A DNA stretch of 32,000 bases from Candidatus Saccharibacteria bacterium oral taxon 488 (GCA_010202845.1 CP047921.1:240001-272000), one strand, 5' to 3'. Positions 1 to 8,755 are shown, counted from the stretch's first letter. Translations and numbers: made by a program. The notes: generated from the letters alone by a model not told the origin.

Positions 1-108
1 ATGAACGCAGTCCGCGCCAAAAACCGCCGCAAGTTCGGCGAGCGAGATCTCTGGCTGGCGACCAAGCAGGGCGATATACATGGTTTGATTATAGCAAAAA
101 CTGCGTGA
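1..108 (+). CDS. C-terminal end of an upstream gene cut by the window edge; product unknown
   Basis: Frame 1 is open from base 1 to TGA 106-108 (...RDLWLATKQGDIHGLIIAKTA*). The ATG at base 1 may be internal. No domain recognised. Confidence 0.3.
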   Translation: MNAVRAKNRRKFGERDLWLATKQGDIHGLIIAKTA

Positions 109-114
109 TATAAT
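106..114 (+). promoter_or_regulatory. Extended -10 promoter TGaTATAAT, 7 nt upstream of ATG 122 (leaderless-type)
   Basis: tgatataat read at 106-114. ATG at 122. No Shine-Dalgarno fits in the 7-nt gap. Confidence 0.5.
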
Positions 115-121
115 TGACGAT

Positions 122-1210
122 ATGGTGTCGAAAGGGATACAGCAGTTTTTAGAGGCACTCAAGTCACCGCGGACGATCATGAGTATCGTGACGCTGGCGG
201 TGCTGGTACTGATCATTTTTCTGTCGCGTGCGGAACTGATGCGGGCGTGGGAGCTGCTCGGCCGGGCAAATATCTGGCTATTGATGTTGCTGCTGCCGTT
301 TCAAATTATCGTGTATTTCGCGGGCGGCGAGATGATTTTTGCCTATCTTCGCGACAAAAAACTGATCGGGCATATCTCACGGTTTGAGCAGACGCGGATT
401 GCACTGGAGCTGAATCTGGTTAATCACATTTTTCCGTCAGGCGGCGTCAGCGGTATTTCCTACACGACGTGGCGGATGCACAAGCTCGGCGTCAGCTCGG
501 CGCGCTCGACCTTTGCCCAGGTGATCCGTTACGTGACAGGCTTTCTGTCGTTGATGGTGCTGCTGATTGTGGCGGTGTTAATCTTGTCAATTGACGGGCA
601 GGTGAATCGCTACATCGTGACGTCAAGTTTCTTCTTGGTGCTGGTGGTGCTAGCGCTAACATTTGGGCTGATTTTTATGTTCTCGTCACGAAGGCGTATG
701 CACAACACGGCGGTGCGGATGTCGCGGCTGATCAACGCGGTAGTGCGGTGGGCGACACTGGGCAAGATCAAGCGGCTGCTGGTTTCGACGAAAATCGAAG
801 CGTTTTTTGCTGAGATGCATGATGATTTTGTGGAGCTATCGGAGCACCGGCGCCTACTCATCAAGCCGCTGGTCTGGGGTGCAATATATGCCATTTTCGA
901 TGTGTTAATGTTCATCGTAGCCTTTTGGGCGCTGGGCGTGTCGGTCAATCCAGCGGTGCTGATCATCGGCTACGGCGTGGCGGGGCTGGCTAGTCTGGTA
1001 GCCTTTACGCCGGGCGGTGCGGGCGTGTACGAAGCGATTATGATCGTTTTCTTGAGTATGACCGGTGTGGCGCCGGACGTTGCCATCGCTGGGATTGTGC
1101 TGACGCGGGTGATTTTACTAACGGGGACAATTGTCTTTGGGTATATGTTCTACCAGCACGCGCTGATCAAATATGGGCGGCCGGATGACGACGATGGCGC
1201 CGCGGTTTAG
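122..1210 (+). CDS. Multi-pass membrane protein, UPF0104 / lysylphosphatidylglycerol-synthase TM-region (flippase-like) family
   Basis: 362-aa ORF with about eight hydrophobic segments. It carries the family-typical FTPGGAGVYE motif near the C-terminus. Confidence 0.6.
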   Translation: MVSKGIQQFLEALKSPRTIMSIVTLAVLVLIIFLSRAELMRAWELLGRANIWLLMLLLPFQIIVYFAGGEMIFAYLRDKKLIGHISRFEQTRIALELNLVNHIFPSGGVSGISYTTWRMHKLGVSSARSTFAQVIRYVTGFLSLMVLLIVAVLILSIDGQVNRYIVTSSFFLVLVVLALTFGLIFMFSSRRRMHNTAVRMSRLINAVVRWATLGKIKRLLVSTKIEAFFAEMHDDFVELSEHRRLLIKPLVWGAIYAIFDVLMFIVAFWALGVSVNPAVLIIGYGVAGLASLVAFTPGGAGVYEAIMIVFLSMTGVAPDVAIAGIVLTRVILLTGTIVFGYMFYQHALIKYGRPDDDDGAAV

Positions 1211-2282
1211 CGTTAGTGACTTCGTGGCGGTCGTCAATCAGGTGCTGGAGACCGCTGTCCCGGTTGTTGAGATTGAGGGCGAGGTTGCTGAGTTCACGGT
1301 GCGTCAGCAAAAATTTGTCTTTTTTACCCTCAAGGACAGTGAGAGTGCGGTCAATTGTTTCATGATGGCCTGGCAGCTCAGGGCACCAATCGAGGAGGGA
1401 ATGCGCGTGGTGGTGCGAGCCTCAGCTAAGTTAACTGCCAAGGGTAAGTTTAGCCTAACGGTACAGGAGGTCAAGCCACTGGGTGCGGGTCACCTCAAGC
1501 GCAGCGCTGAGTTACTCAGGGCGAAATTAGCGGCCGAAGGGTTGTTTGATACGGAACGGAAGCGTCCCTTGCCGCCATATCCTGCCCGCGTGGCGGTCAT
1601 TTCCAGCACGCAAGCGGCGGGCTATGCGGATTTTATGAAAATTGCCGGCGAGCGGTGGGGCGGGGTGCAGTTTATCGTTGCTAATATCAAGGTTCAGGGC
1701 GACGGCGCGGTTGATCAGGCGGTGCGGGCGATTGCCCACTGTAACCAGCTGGCGGAGCCGCCAGAGGTGATTGTGCTGATTCGCGGCGGCGGTAGCGCGG
1801 AGGACCTGGCGAGTTTCAATGATGAATGCTTGGTGCGAGCGGTGGCTGGCAGCCGCGTGCCGGTGCTGACCGGTATTGGGCATGAAATTGACGAAAGTTT
1901 GTGCGATCTGGCGGCTGATGTGCGGGCGGCCACGCCGAGTAATGCGGCGCAGTTATTGTTTCCGGATAAGTGTGAGGTGAGGCAGCAATTAGCGCTGCGT
2001 CTGGGTAGTGTGGCAGAGGTGATTCAGCGGCAGATTAAGGAGCGGCGTCTATATGCAACAATGTTGCAACAAGCGGCGCTTGAACAGTGGTTACACCGTG
2101 TCGAGATTGCCATGAATGCAACATTGTCGCAACAACGAATTATTGCTGAGTACGACCCAGAGATGGCGCTGCGGCGCGGTTACGCGATGATTAGCGGCGA
2201 CTGCCAGATTGGTAGTATTGTAAAGATTACAACAAAAGATAAGATCATGAAAGCGAGGATTGAGAGTAGTGAAAAACGATAA
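1173..2282 (+). CDS. xseA: Exodeoxyribonuclease VII large subunit
   Basis: N-terminal OB-fold region FSVSDFVAVVNQVLE...VEIEGEVAEF. Catalytic region VISSTQAAGYADF, IRGGGSAEDLASFNDE, TGIGHEIDESLCDLAADVRAATPSNAA. Followed by xseB. Alternative in-frame ATGs at 1185 and 1194; all overlap the upstream stop at 1208-1210. Confidence 0.85.
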   Translation: MGGRMTTMAPRFSVSDFVAVVNQVLETAVPVVEIEGEVAEFTVRQQKFVFFTLKDSESAVNCFMMAWQLRAPIEEGMRVVVRASAKLTAKGKFSLTVQEVKPLGAGHLKRSAELLRAKLAAEGLFDTERKRPLPPYPARVAVISSTQAAGYADFMKIAGERWGGVQFIVANIKVQGDGAVDQAVRAIAHCNQLAEPPEVIVLIRGGGSAEDLASFNDECLVRAVAGSRVPVLTGIGHEIDESLCDLAADVRAATPSNAAQLLFPDKCEVRQQLALRLGSVAEVIQRQIKERRLYATMLQQAALEQWLHRVEIAMNATLSQQRIIAEYDPEMALRRGYAMISGDCQIGSIVKITTKDKIMKARIESSEKR

Positions 2283-2478
2283 AACGAATGATAAAACGAT
2301 TGAGCAAATGATGACAGAACTAAACGAGCGCATCGCGTGGTTTCAGGGCGATGACTTTAACCTGGACGAGGCCAAGCAGCGGTTTATTGAGGCGCGACAG
2401 CTGGCGAAAGACATTACGGCAGCGCTGGATAATATGCAGCATGATATCACAGTGCTTGGCGAGGATTTTAGCGCGTGA
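2260..2478 (+). CDS. xseB: Exodeoxyribonuclease VII small subunit
   Basis: 72-aa helical protein (EQMMTELNERIAWFQGDDFNLDEAKQRFIEARQLAKDI) immediately after and overlapping xseA. Start is TTG 2260 or GTG 2269, with GAGGA at 2255-2259. Confidence 0.8.
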   Translation: MRVVKNDKTNDKTIEQMMTELNERIAWFQGDDFNLDEAKQRFIEARQLAKDITAALDNMQHDITVLGEDFSA

Positions 2479-2999
2479 TATGGCTCGCGTGGCTTGGCGG
2501 AGCGATTCTGATGATCTTTGCACTGCCAGCACTGATCGGTGCGCCGTATGTGCCGTCACGGTCGCGCGAGGTGCAGCGGCTGTTTGCTGAGGCGCTGCCG
2601 CTTGGTAAAGGCGACGTGGTGCTTGATATCGGATCGGGCGACGGTGTGGTGCTGATGGCGGCAGCTCAGCAGGGTGCGCGGGCGATTGGCTATGAGATTA
2701 ATCCATTCCTGGTGCTAATATCGCGCTGGCGGCTGCGCAAACTACCGGGCGCCCAAGTACACTGGGCGAATATCTGGCGGCAGCCGGTGCTCGACAAGGT
2801 GACGGTGATGTATGCCTTTGGTGATGGCCGCGATATCGCAAAAATGTTTCAGCTAGCGGGGCGCCAAGTGGCCGCCCAGACCGAGCCGTTGACTTTCGTG
2901 AGCTACGGATTTTCTGTCCCCGGCACGCAACCGACAAAAGAATACCACGGCTATTTTCTCTATCAGCTGCCGGGAGGCTTTACATCGCCCGAAGCATAA
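2475..2999 (+). CDS. Class I SAM-dependent methyltransferase with N-terminal hydrophobic segment
   Basis: VLDIGSGDGVVLMAAAQQGARAIGYEINP matches SAM-binding motif I plus the acidic post-I residue. GTG 2475 overlaps the xseB stop (GTGA). Confidence 0.7.
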   Translation: MIWLAWLGGAILMIFALPALIGAPYVPSRSREVQRLFAEALPLGKGDVVLDIGSGDGVVLMAAAQQGARAIGYEINPFLVLISRWRLRKLPGAQVHWANIWRQPVLDKVTVMYAFGDGRDIAKMFQLAGRQVAAQTEPLTFVSYGFSVPGTQPTKEYHGYFLYQLPGGFTSPEA

Positions 3000-3008
3000 G
3001 CTATACTG

Positions 3009-3683
3009 ATGCATATGAGTAGAAAAACAGAGATGGAACAGGGATATGTCAATAGCTGGATGATTGTGGCGATTAGCGCGATCGTGCTGTTCGTGGCGGC
3101 TGGTAGCGCGGCAATCTGGGCGTACCTGGCATATTCACAGGAGAAAACTGCGGTCGAGAGTCGGATGGCGGTGGCTTCGGCCAAGGCGCGTGAAGAGCAA
3201 TCAAAGGCTGACCGCGAGAAATTTAATGAAGAAGCCAAAAACCCGCGCATTGAATTCGTCGGCCCCGAGCAGTACGGCCGCGTCTCATTTATGTATCCAA
3301 AAACCTGGAGTGTTTACGTAGCGGCTGACGGCAGCGATCGCGGTGATTATAAAGCGTATCTCCACCCGGCTATCGTGCCACCGACGAATACGCATAGTAG
3401 CAACCAAAACAAGTTTGCACTGCGCCTCGAGATTCTTAACAGTGACTTCAACAAGACGCTAGATCAGTACGCCAGCCTGCTGAAAAAGGGTGATTTGACC
3501 TCAAGTAGCGTCGAATACAACGGTAACACCGCCACGCGCATTGACGGTGCATTTAGTAAGGATCTGCGCGGCTCGGTGGTGCTGATGAAGGTGCGCGACA
3601 AGACACTGCGTTTTTCAACCGATGCTGATACGTTCAAGCCAGATTTTGAGGCTATTCTCAAGACAGTGAAATTTGTCCAGTAA
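3009..3683 (+). CDS. Membrane-anchored hypothetical protein (single N-terminal TM helix, soluble C-terminal domain)
   Basis: TM segment WMIVAISAIVLFVAAGSAAIWAYLAY, then a Lys/Glu-rich linker and a beta-rich domain. TATACT at 3002-3007 favours the second ATG at 3015 as a leaderless start. Confidence 0.5.
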   Translation: MHMSRKTEMEQGYVNSWMIVAISAIVLFVAAGSAAIWAYLAYSQEKTAVESRMAVASAKAREEQSKADREKFNEEAKNPRIEFVGPEQYGRVSFMYPKTWSVYVAADGSDRGDYKAYLHPAIVPPTNTHSSNQNKFALRLEILNSDFNKTLDQYASLLKKGDLTSSSVEYNGNTATRIDGAFSKDLRGSVVLMKVRDKTLRFSTDADTFKPDFEAILKTVKFVQ

Positions 3684-3750
3684 TTTTCTTGGCTGCGGCT
3701 GGTGCGTGAAATGATACGGAGCGGCAGCAGTTCTTTTTGGCGCCTCGGTT

Positions 3751-3759
3751 TGCTATACT
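3751..3759 (+). promoter_or_regulatory. Extended -10 promoter TGcTATACT, 8 nt upstream of ATG 3768
   Basis: tgctatact read at 3751-3759, in front of the kinase/regulator/recO unit. Confidence 0.45.
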
Positions 3760-3767
3760 AGAGGTAT

Positions 3768-4481
3768 ATGGCGCAGCCACAGTGGAGTGATAAGGAGTTT
3801 GCCGCGATGCCGAGCATAGCGGTGGCAGCGCATGAGCTGAAGGCGCCGCTGGCGTTGATTCGGCAGATGAGTTTATTGATCGAGGATGGCCAGCTCAGTC
3901 CAGCCGAGGCACAGCAGATGCAGCGGCGGCTGACGCTGACGGCGGAGCGATCGCTGGCTTTGGTACAGGATTTGGCGCATACCGTGAATGTGCAGCCGAC
4001 GCTGTTTCCACTGGAGCCGGTTAATCCACTGGCGCTGCTAGCCCAATTGGCGCACCAGTCGCGCGACATGCTGCGGCTGTATGACCGGCGGGTGACGTGG
4101 CCGCGTACGGGCAAGAAGCGGCTGGTGGTGGCCAACCCATTGCTGCTCGGGCGGATCATGATGAATTTTCTCGATAATGCGATGCGCTATAGCGAGGCTG
4201 GGGCCGCAATTCGCGTGACTGTTCGCCAGGCAGGGACGATGGTACGGCTGGGCGTACGGGATTTTGGGCCGATGATGAGCCTGGCTGAGTATCGGCGGCT
4301 GGTGGATGAGATGACTACGCGTAAATCAGTCAGAACCCGACCGGACAGTAGTGGCCTCGGCGTGTATATCGCTGCAACGTTCGCGCGGGCGATGGGCGGG
4401 CAGATCGGGCTGATACGCCACCGAGACGGACTGACGTTTTATGTTGATGTGCCGCTCAGCGAGCAGATGAGCTTATTATGA
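3768..4481 (+). CDS. Histidine kinase core (DHp + CA domains only; no TM or sensor domain)
   Basis: H-box AAHELKAPLALIRQ begins about residue 20. N-box NFLDNAMRYS, then RDFGPMM and SGLGVYIA (G-boxes). 237 aa in total. Confidence 0.8.
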   Translation: MAQPQWSDKEFAAMPSIAVAAHELKAPLALIRQMSLLIEDGQLSPAEAQQMQRRLTLTAERSLALVQDLAHTVNVQPTLFPLEPVNPLALLAQLAHQSRDMLRLYDRRVTWPRTGKKRLVVANPLLLGRIMMNFLDNAMRYSEAGAAIRVTVRQAGTMVRLGVRDFGPMMSLAEYRRLVDEMTTRKSVRTRPDSSGLGVYIAATFARAMGGQIGLIRHRDGLTFYVDVPLSEQMSLL

Positions 4482-4846
4482 AAAAACTCCTGATCATCGA
4501 GGATGACCCGCAGTGGGCGGCGGTGCTGGAGCGGTATGCGCTGGAGGCGGGGTATACGGCCCGGACAGTGGTGGCGGCTGGACAGGCGATAGCGATGCTT
4601 GATGAGTGGCGGCCGGATGGCTTGGTGCTTGATATGTTGCTGGCGGGTGAGACGGGAATGGCACTACTGAATGAGCTGCAAAGCCATGAGGACCTGGCGC
4701 GGCTGCCGGTGGTGGTGTGTAGTAATGTAGTGCTTGAGCTGGATCAGCTGCGGCCGTTTGGGGTGCGGGCGGTGCTTGATAAGGCGCGAATGACGCCTGA
4801 TGAGGTGCGGGCGGCGCTGGGGGCGCTTCGCGAGGAGGCGGAATGA
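4478..4846 (+). CDS. Stand-alone response-regulator receiver domain (CheY-like, no output domain)
   Basis: LLIIEDD acidic pocket, phospho-acceptor context LVLDMLLAGETG, VVVCSN, and a conserved Lys in LDKARM. ATGA overlap with the kinase stop. Confidence 0.8.
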   Translation: MKKLLIIEDDPQWAAVLERYALEAGYTARTVVAAGQAIAMLDEWRPDGLVLDMLLAGETGMALLNELQSHEDLARLPVVVCSNVVLELDQLRPFGVRAVLDKARMTPDEVRAALGALREEAE

Positions 4847-5520
4847 AAGACGACGAGCGGCTCAAGGCGATTGTGCTACGGCGGACGGATTACGCCGAGG
4901 CTGATCGAGTGCTGCAGCTACTAACGCCCCAGGGGCGGCGGGCGGTGATCGCCAAGGGGGTGCGTCGTGAGCGGAGTAAGCTGGCCGGTGGCATTGAACT
5001 ATTGGCGCTGTGCGATGTGGTGATTCGTTCGGGCCGCGGCGAGCTGGGACTGCTGACCAGTGCTAGGCTCAGCGCGTTTTATCGGCATATCCTCGAGGAT
5101 TATGAGCGGATGCAGTTCGCTTACCAGGCGCTCAAGCTGGTGGCGCAGGCGACCGAGACCGTTGATGGGCCGGAGTGGTTCGCGGTGCTCAGTCAGGTGT
5201 TGGCGTGGCTTGATCGGCCGGCGGTTGATCGACTACTGGTCGAGACGTGGTTTTATATGCAGTACGCCGGGCTGCTGGGCGACGAGCTTAATCTACGCAC
5301 CGACGTGGCCGGGCGGACGCTCACGAGCGATAAATCATACATGTACGATCCAAGCGAAAAGGTCCTAAGGCCAAGCGAACAGGGTGACCTAACGGCCGAT
5401 CATATCAAGCTGCTGCGCCTCATCCAAGCCAAGCCGCTAGAAAATCTCACCCACATTGGTGGCCTCGGCCCGGTCATCGCTAGTTGCTGGCTGGTGACTA
5501 GGCAGCATGCGGCGGTGTAA
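4843..5520 (+). CDS. recO: DNA repair protein RecO
   Basis: N-terminal OB region KAIVLRRTDYAEADRVLQLLTPQGRRAVIAKGVRRERSKLAGGIELL is typical RecO. ATGA overlap with the regulator stop, with GAGGAGG upstream. Confidence 0.8.
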   Translation: MKDDERLKAIVLRRTDYAEADRVLQLLTPQGRRAVIAKGVRRERSKLAGGIELLALCDVVIRSGRGELGLLTSARLSAFYRHILEDYERMQFAYQALKLVAQATETVDGPEWFAVLSQVLAWLDRPAVDRLLVETWFYMQYAGLLGDELNLRTDVAGRTLTSDKSYMYDPSEKVLRPSEQGDLTADHIKLLRLIQAKPLENLTHIGGLGPVIASCWLVTRQHAAV

Positions 5521-6352
5521 CTGTGTCTTGTAGAGCATGCTTTACAATTGCTTTCCGTAGGGGGGAGAAGGCAGATTCCATGAAAGTATTAGGGTTTTGC
5601 CCGGACTCAATATCCGACTGATTAAGCTTGGTGAGTATGTTATGTGTTGAAATATCGGGGTTCTCTTCGGGGTTAATCTCTATCTCTTCCGAGTATTGGC
5701 CACGGAAATATTCAATCTCATGTAAATAGGACTCCTTGCAATATTCCACCTCGAGATCTGGCTTACTTATTTTGATAATCTCATCGGCACATTCCCAGAG
5801 CAGGGCAACCGCGCTTCTTTTAGCGTTGTCATCAAATCGACCCATCGCGGCGAGATCGCGTAACGTGCGCGCTAGGAATATTTTATTGAGGACGGAACTA
5901 AAAGAAATATCTGTTCTTTTGGTCTGACTGGCGTAAACACTGTGAGCATCTTCTAGTGCTTGATCTAGGAAGGCCACCTTTACTTGGTCGGACACTTTAC
6001 TGGTGCAGGCAGAGTCAAAATTACGCTTTGCCGAGAGAAAAGTATTGTGTTCATAGGGGGTGATGAGTCCTGAGAGTTGATCTCTGAGTAGCATCCATTG
6101 CCCAAAGTATTCTCTAATTTTACCTTGCTCCTGAGCTGTTAGCGGGCTTGTGGAACTAAAAGCAGCGAAACCAGTGACGCGGATCCCTTCGGCGACTATG
6201 CTTCTAGCTCTATCATCCGCCCCTTCGTATTTATCAGAAATTTCTAGTAACCTACGGACCTCTTCCAGTGAGTATTCCTGGGGGTGACGTATTACAGGGA
6301 AATCTGGAAAAATTTTATCTGTAGACGATGTTCTGTACTGTTCCTGACTCAT
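5498..6352 (-). CDS. Hypothetical protein, no recognisable domain
   Basis: Only sizeable minus-strand ORF with protein-like composition. The ORF extends to GTG 6388, but ATG 6352 sits 7 nt after a TATCAA hexamer. The 3' end overlaps the recO 3' end by 23 nt. Confidence 0.5.
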   Translation of the reverse strand: MSQEQYRTSSTDKIFPDFPVIRHPQEYSLEEVRRLLEISDKYEGADDRARSIVAEGIRVTGFAAFSSTSPLTAQEQGKIREYFGQWMLLRDQLSGLITPYEHNTFLSAKRNFDSACTSKVSDQVKVAFLDQALEDAHSVYASQTKRTDISFSSVLNKIFLARTLRDLAAMGRFDDNAKRSAVALLWECADEIIKISKPDLEVEYCKESYLHEIEYFRGQYSEEIEINPEENPDISTHNILTKLNQSDIESGQNPNTFMESAFSPLRKAIVKHALQDTVTPPHAA

Positions 6353-6410
6353 AACACCATTGATACTCCCTACGTGCGATTGTTGCACAATAAATAGCGA
6401 CCGTCAAGCA

Positions 6411-6419
6411 TGCTATAAT
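6411..6419 (+). promoter_or_regulatory. Extended -10 promoter TGcTATAAT upstream of glyQS (about 45-nt leader with SD)
   Basis: tgctataat at 6411-6419. GGAGAAAGGGAAG at 6454-6466 precedes GTG 6471. Confidence 0.45.
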
Positions 6420-6470
6420 AAGCCTCAGTTAATGAATCGTCGCGTTGCCAACGCGGAGAAAGGGAAGACT

Positions 6471-8054
6471 GTGAGTACTACAAAAATGGAAGATATTATC
6501 AGCCTATGCAAGCGCCGCGGCTTTATTTATCAGGGGTCGGACGTTTATGGTGGTCTTTCTGGCACTTGGGATTACGGTCCGCTGGGTGTGCAGTTGAAGC
6601 GTAATATCATGAATTTGTGGTGGCGTCGGTTTGTTGACGAGCGCGACGACATGTACGGCGTCGATGCAGCAATTTTGATGAATCAGAAGGTGTGGCAGGC
6701 GAGCGGGCATGTGGATACGTTTTCTGACCCATTGGTGGAGTGTAACCACTGCAAGGCGCGTTTTCGTGAAGACCATCTACTCAAAGATCAACAGGAAAAG
6801 CTGGACGAGTACGAAGCCCTCACCGACAAGATCCAATGGTATCGCGAGCATGCCACGGCACCGAATTTTTATGACGAGATCAAGGAAAAAGAGCCCGAGT
6901 TGTTCAAGAAAATACTAGACATGGAGCTTGGCCCAAGTGAGATTGACCTCGAGGAGGCCAGCGATTTTGGGCTGAAAGAATGGCCGCATGTGCTAAGAGT
7001 GATTAAATGTCCTAACTGTGGTACGCGAGGTGATTTTAGTGAGCCGCGACAGTTTAACATGATGTTCAAGACATTTGTCGGTGCTAGCGGGCAAAATGAG
7101 CTGGCGATTGATGAGTTGACGGGGGGCGCCGATGGTAGGCGTAGCCTTAATGGCATGAAGGCGATTACCTACGATCCACAGTCGATTTCTTACCTCCGTC
7201 CGGAAACCGCTCAGGGAATTTTTACCAATTTCAAAAACGTCGTCGATAGTTTCTATCCTAATTTGCCGTTTGGCATCGCTCAGCAGGGTAAGGCGTTTCG
7301 TAATGAAATTGCGCCGCGTGATTTTGTCTTCCGCTCTCGCGAGTTCGAGCAGATGGAGATTGAATATTTCGTGAATCCTGAGCATTGGCAAGAGGCGTTT
7401 GATGAATTGCTGGCGGCGACGCATGCGTTCTTGGCAGAGCTGGGCTTGAAGCCAGAGCACATCCACGAGCTGGACGTGCCAGCGGAGGATCGGGCGCACT
7501 ACAGCAAAAAGACGATCGACATTGAGTACGATTATCCAATTGGCCGCGAGGAGTTGATGGGCATTGCCTATCGCACCGATTTTGACCTGATGAACATCCA
7601 GCGCGCCAGCGGCAAAAGCATGGAGTACACCGTCAAGGGAACGAACACAAAATTTGTTCCGCACGTCATCGAGCCGTCGTTTGGCGTGGAGCGGGCGCTG
7701 ATGGCGGTGCTATCGAGCGCGTACCGTGAGGACGAGCAGAACGGTGAAAAGCGTGTGTATTTGGCGCTGCCAGAGCACTTGGCACCAGTCAAATTTGCCG
7801 TTTCGCCGCTGCTCAAGAACAAGCCAGAATTGGTAGAAAAAGCCCGCGAAGTCTACGCCGCACTTGCCAAAGCCAACCCCGGCCGAGTGATGTGGGACGA
7901 CAACGGCAACATCGGCAAACGCTACCGCCGCCAAGACGAAATCGGCACGCCGCACTGTGTGGTCATCGACTTCCAGACGCTGGAGGACGGCACCGTCACC
8001 GTGCGTGAGCGGGATACGACGGAGCAGCGGCGGGTGAAGGTTGAGGAGCTGTAG
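6471..8054 (+). CDS. glyQS: Glycine--tRNA ligase (alpha2 homodimeric type)
   Basis: RGFIYQGSDVYGGLSGTWDYGPLG, YLRPETAQGIF, FRNEIAPRDFVFRSREFEQMEIEYF (class II motifs). Anticodon-binding end IGKRYRRQDEIGTPHCVVID. The six-frame ORF starts at TTG 6360; GTG 6471 (SD-led) or ATG 6486 is more plausible. Confidence 0.9.
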   Translation: MSTTKMEDIISLCKRRGFIYQGSDVYGGLSGTWDYGPLGVQLKRNIMNLWWRRFVDERDDMYGVDAAILMNQKVWQASGHVDTFSDPLVECNHCKARFREDHLLKDQQEKLDEYEALTDKIQWYREHATAPNFYDEIKEKEPELFKKILDMELGPSEIDLEEASDFGLKEWPHVLRVIKCPNCGTRGDFSEPRQFNMMFKTFVGASGQNELAIDELTGGADGRRSLNGMKAITYDPQSISYLRPETAQGIFTNFKNVVDSFYPNLPFGIAQQGKAFRNEIAPRDFVFRSREFEQMEIEYFVNPEHWQEAFDELLAATHAFLAELGLKPEHIHELDVPAEDRAHYSKKTIDIEYDYPIGREELMGIAYRTDFDLMNIQRASGKSMEYTVKGTNTKFVPHVIEPSFGVERALMAVLSSAYREDEQNGEKRVYLALPEHLAPVKFAVSPLLKNKPELVEKAREVYAALAKANPGRVMWDDNGNIGKRYRRQDEIGTPHCVVIDFQTLEDGTVTVRERDTTEQRRVKVEEL

Positions 8055-8098
8055 ATACTAGACATGAAAAAGCAAATTGGGTTTAAGGAGATAAAAGA

Positions 8099-8716
8099 TT
8101 GATAAAAAGTAGACCTGAGTTTGATAAAATTACATCGTTTGACGAGTTTAATAAATACTATTGGTATCGTGAAGAAATTTCACAGATATGCAAGTCATTA
8201 GGATTAGAGTACAAAGGTACAAAACAGGAACTCAATTATATTATAGAGCAATACTTTAAGGGCAATTTGATTAAAAAATCACCAATAAAAAATGAAAAGA
8301 AACAAGTTGAAAATATTACTCTAGATATGCCATTACTTGAATGTGGGTTTTCCTTTAACACAAAATTTAGAGAATATTTCTCCGCCGTAACAGGTATTAC
8401 ACCTTTTAAATTTACTGCTAATATGGCAACAGCTTGGAGAAAAGTAAAAAGAGAAAATGATTTGAGTTTTACAATTCAAGATATGCTAAAAGTTTATTAT
8501 GGGAAATCAAATTATGCCAAGTATGATAATTCGGTTTGTCAATGGAATCAATTTTTAAAGGATTTCTGTGCAGACGAAAATAGTCGCAACTATTCGAACA
8601 AATTAAAAGTAGCTTCTATTCTTTGGAAAGAAGTTAGAAATTCAAAAAGTGAAAAAATTTATTCAAAAAATCTTTTGACTGAATATGTCGGTAAAATAAA
8701 AGAGTATCACGAGTAG
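8099..8716 (+). CDS. Hypothetical protein with N-terminal SAP-like / DUF6434-like region (family recalled from memory, not searched)
   Basis: 205-aa ORF with TTG start 8 nt after AAGGAG (8085-8090). N-terminus SFDEFNKYYWYREEISQICKSLGLEYKGTKQELNYIIEQYF. About 27% GC in the one line counted (8101-8160). Confidence 0.5.
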   Translation: MIKSRPEFDKITSFDEFNKYYWYREEISQICKSLGLEYKGTKQELNYIIEQYFKGNLIKKSPIKNEKKQVENITLDMPLLECGFSFNTKFREYFSAVTGITPFKFTANMATAWRKVKRENDLSFTIQDMLKVYYGKSNYAKYDNSVCQWNQFLKDFCADENSRNYSNKLKVASILWKEVRNSKSEKIYSKNLLTEYVGKIKEYHE

Positions 8717-8755
8717 GTAATTTCCAACTTGTTAACACCCAATAAGCAGTTAATA

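Noticed and set aside
4494-4865. 123-aa Pro/Ala-rich ORF on the minus strand
   Set aside because: It lies exactly antisense to the very GC-rich receiver gene. The low-complexity P/A composition is the usual mirror-frame artefact of GC-rich coding DNA, and there are no start signals.
6420-6470. Possible T-box leader upstream of glyQS
   Set aside because: The leader is only about 45-50 nt from the -10 box to the start codon, far too short for a T-box. No specifier or T-box sequences are present.
6700-7190. Long insertions in GlyRS between the CxxC...CxxC zinc-ribbon halves and before the YLRPETAQG motif
   Set aside because: Homodimeric GlyRS enzymes are known to carry variable insertions at these positions. 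I have no evidence of anything beyond lineage-specific variation.
6993-7664. 223-aa minus-strand ORF inside glyQS, with smaller antisense ORFs at 6504-6776 and 7258-7955
   Set aside because: It is fully embedded antisense to a highly conserved aaRS gene. The composition is not protein-like (Arg/Leu/His-rich). It is an open frame by chance.
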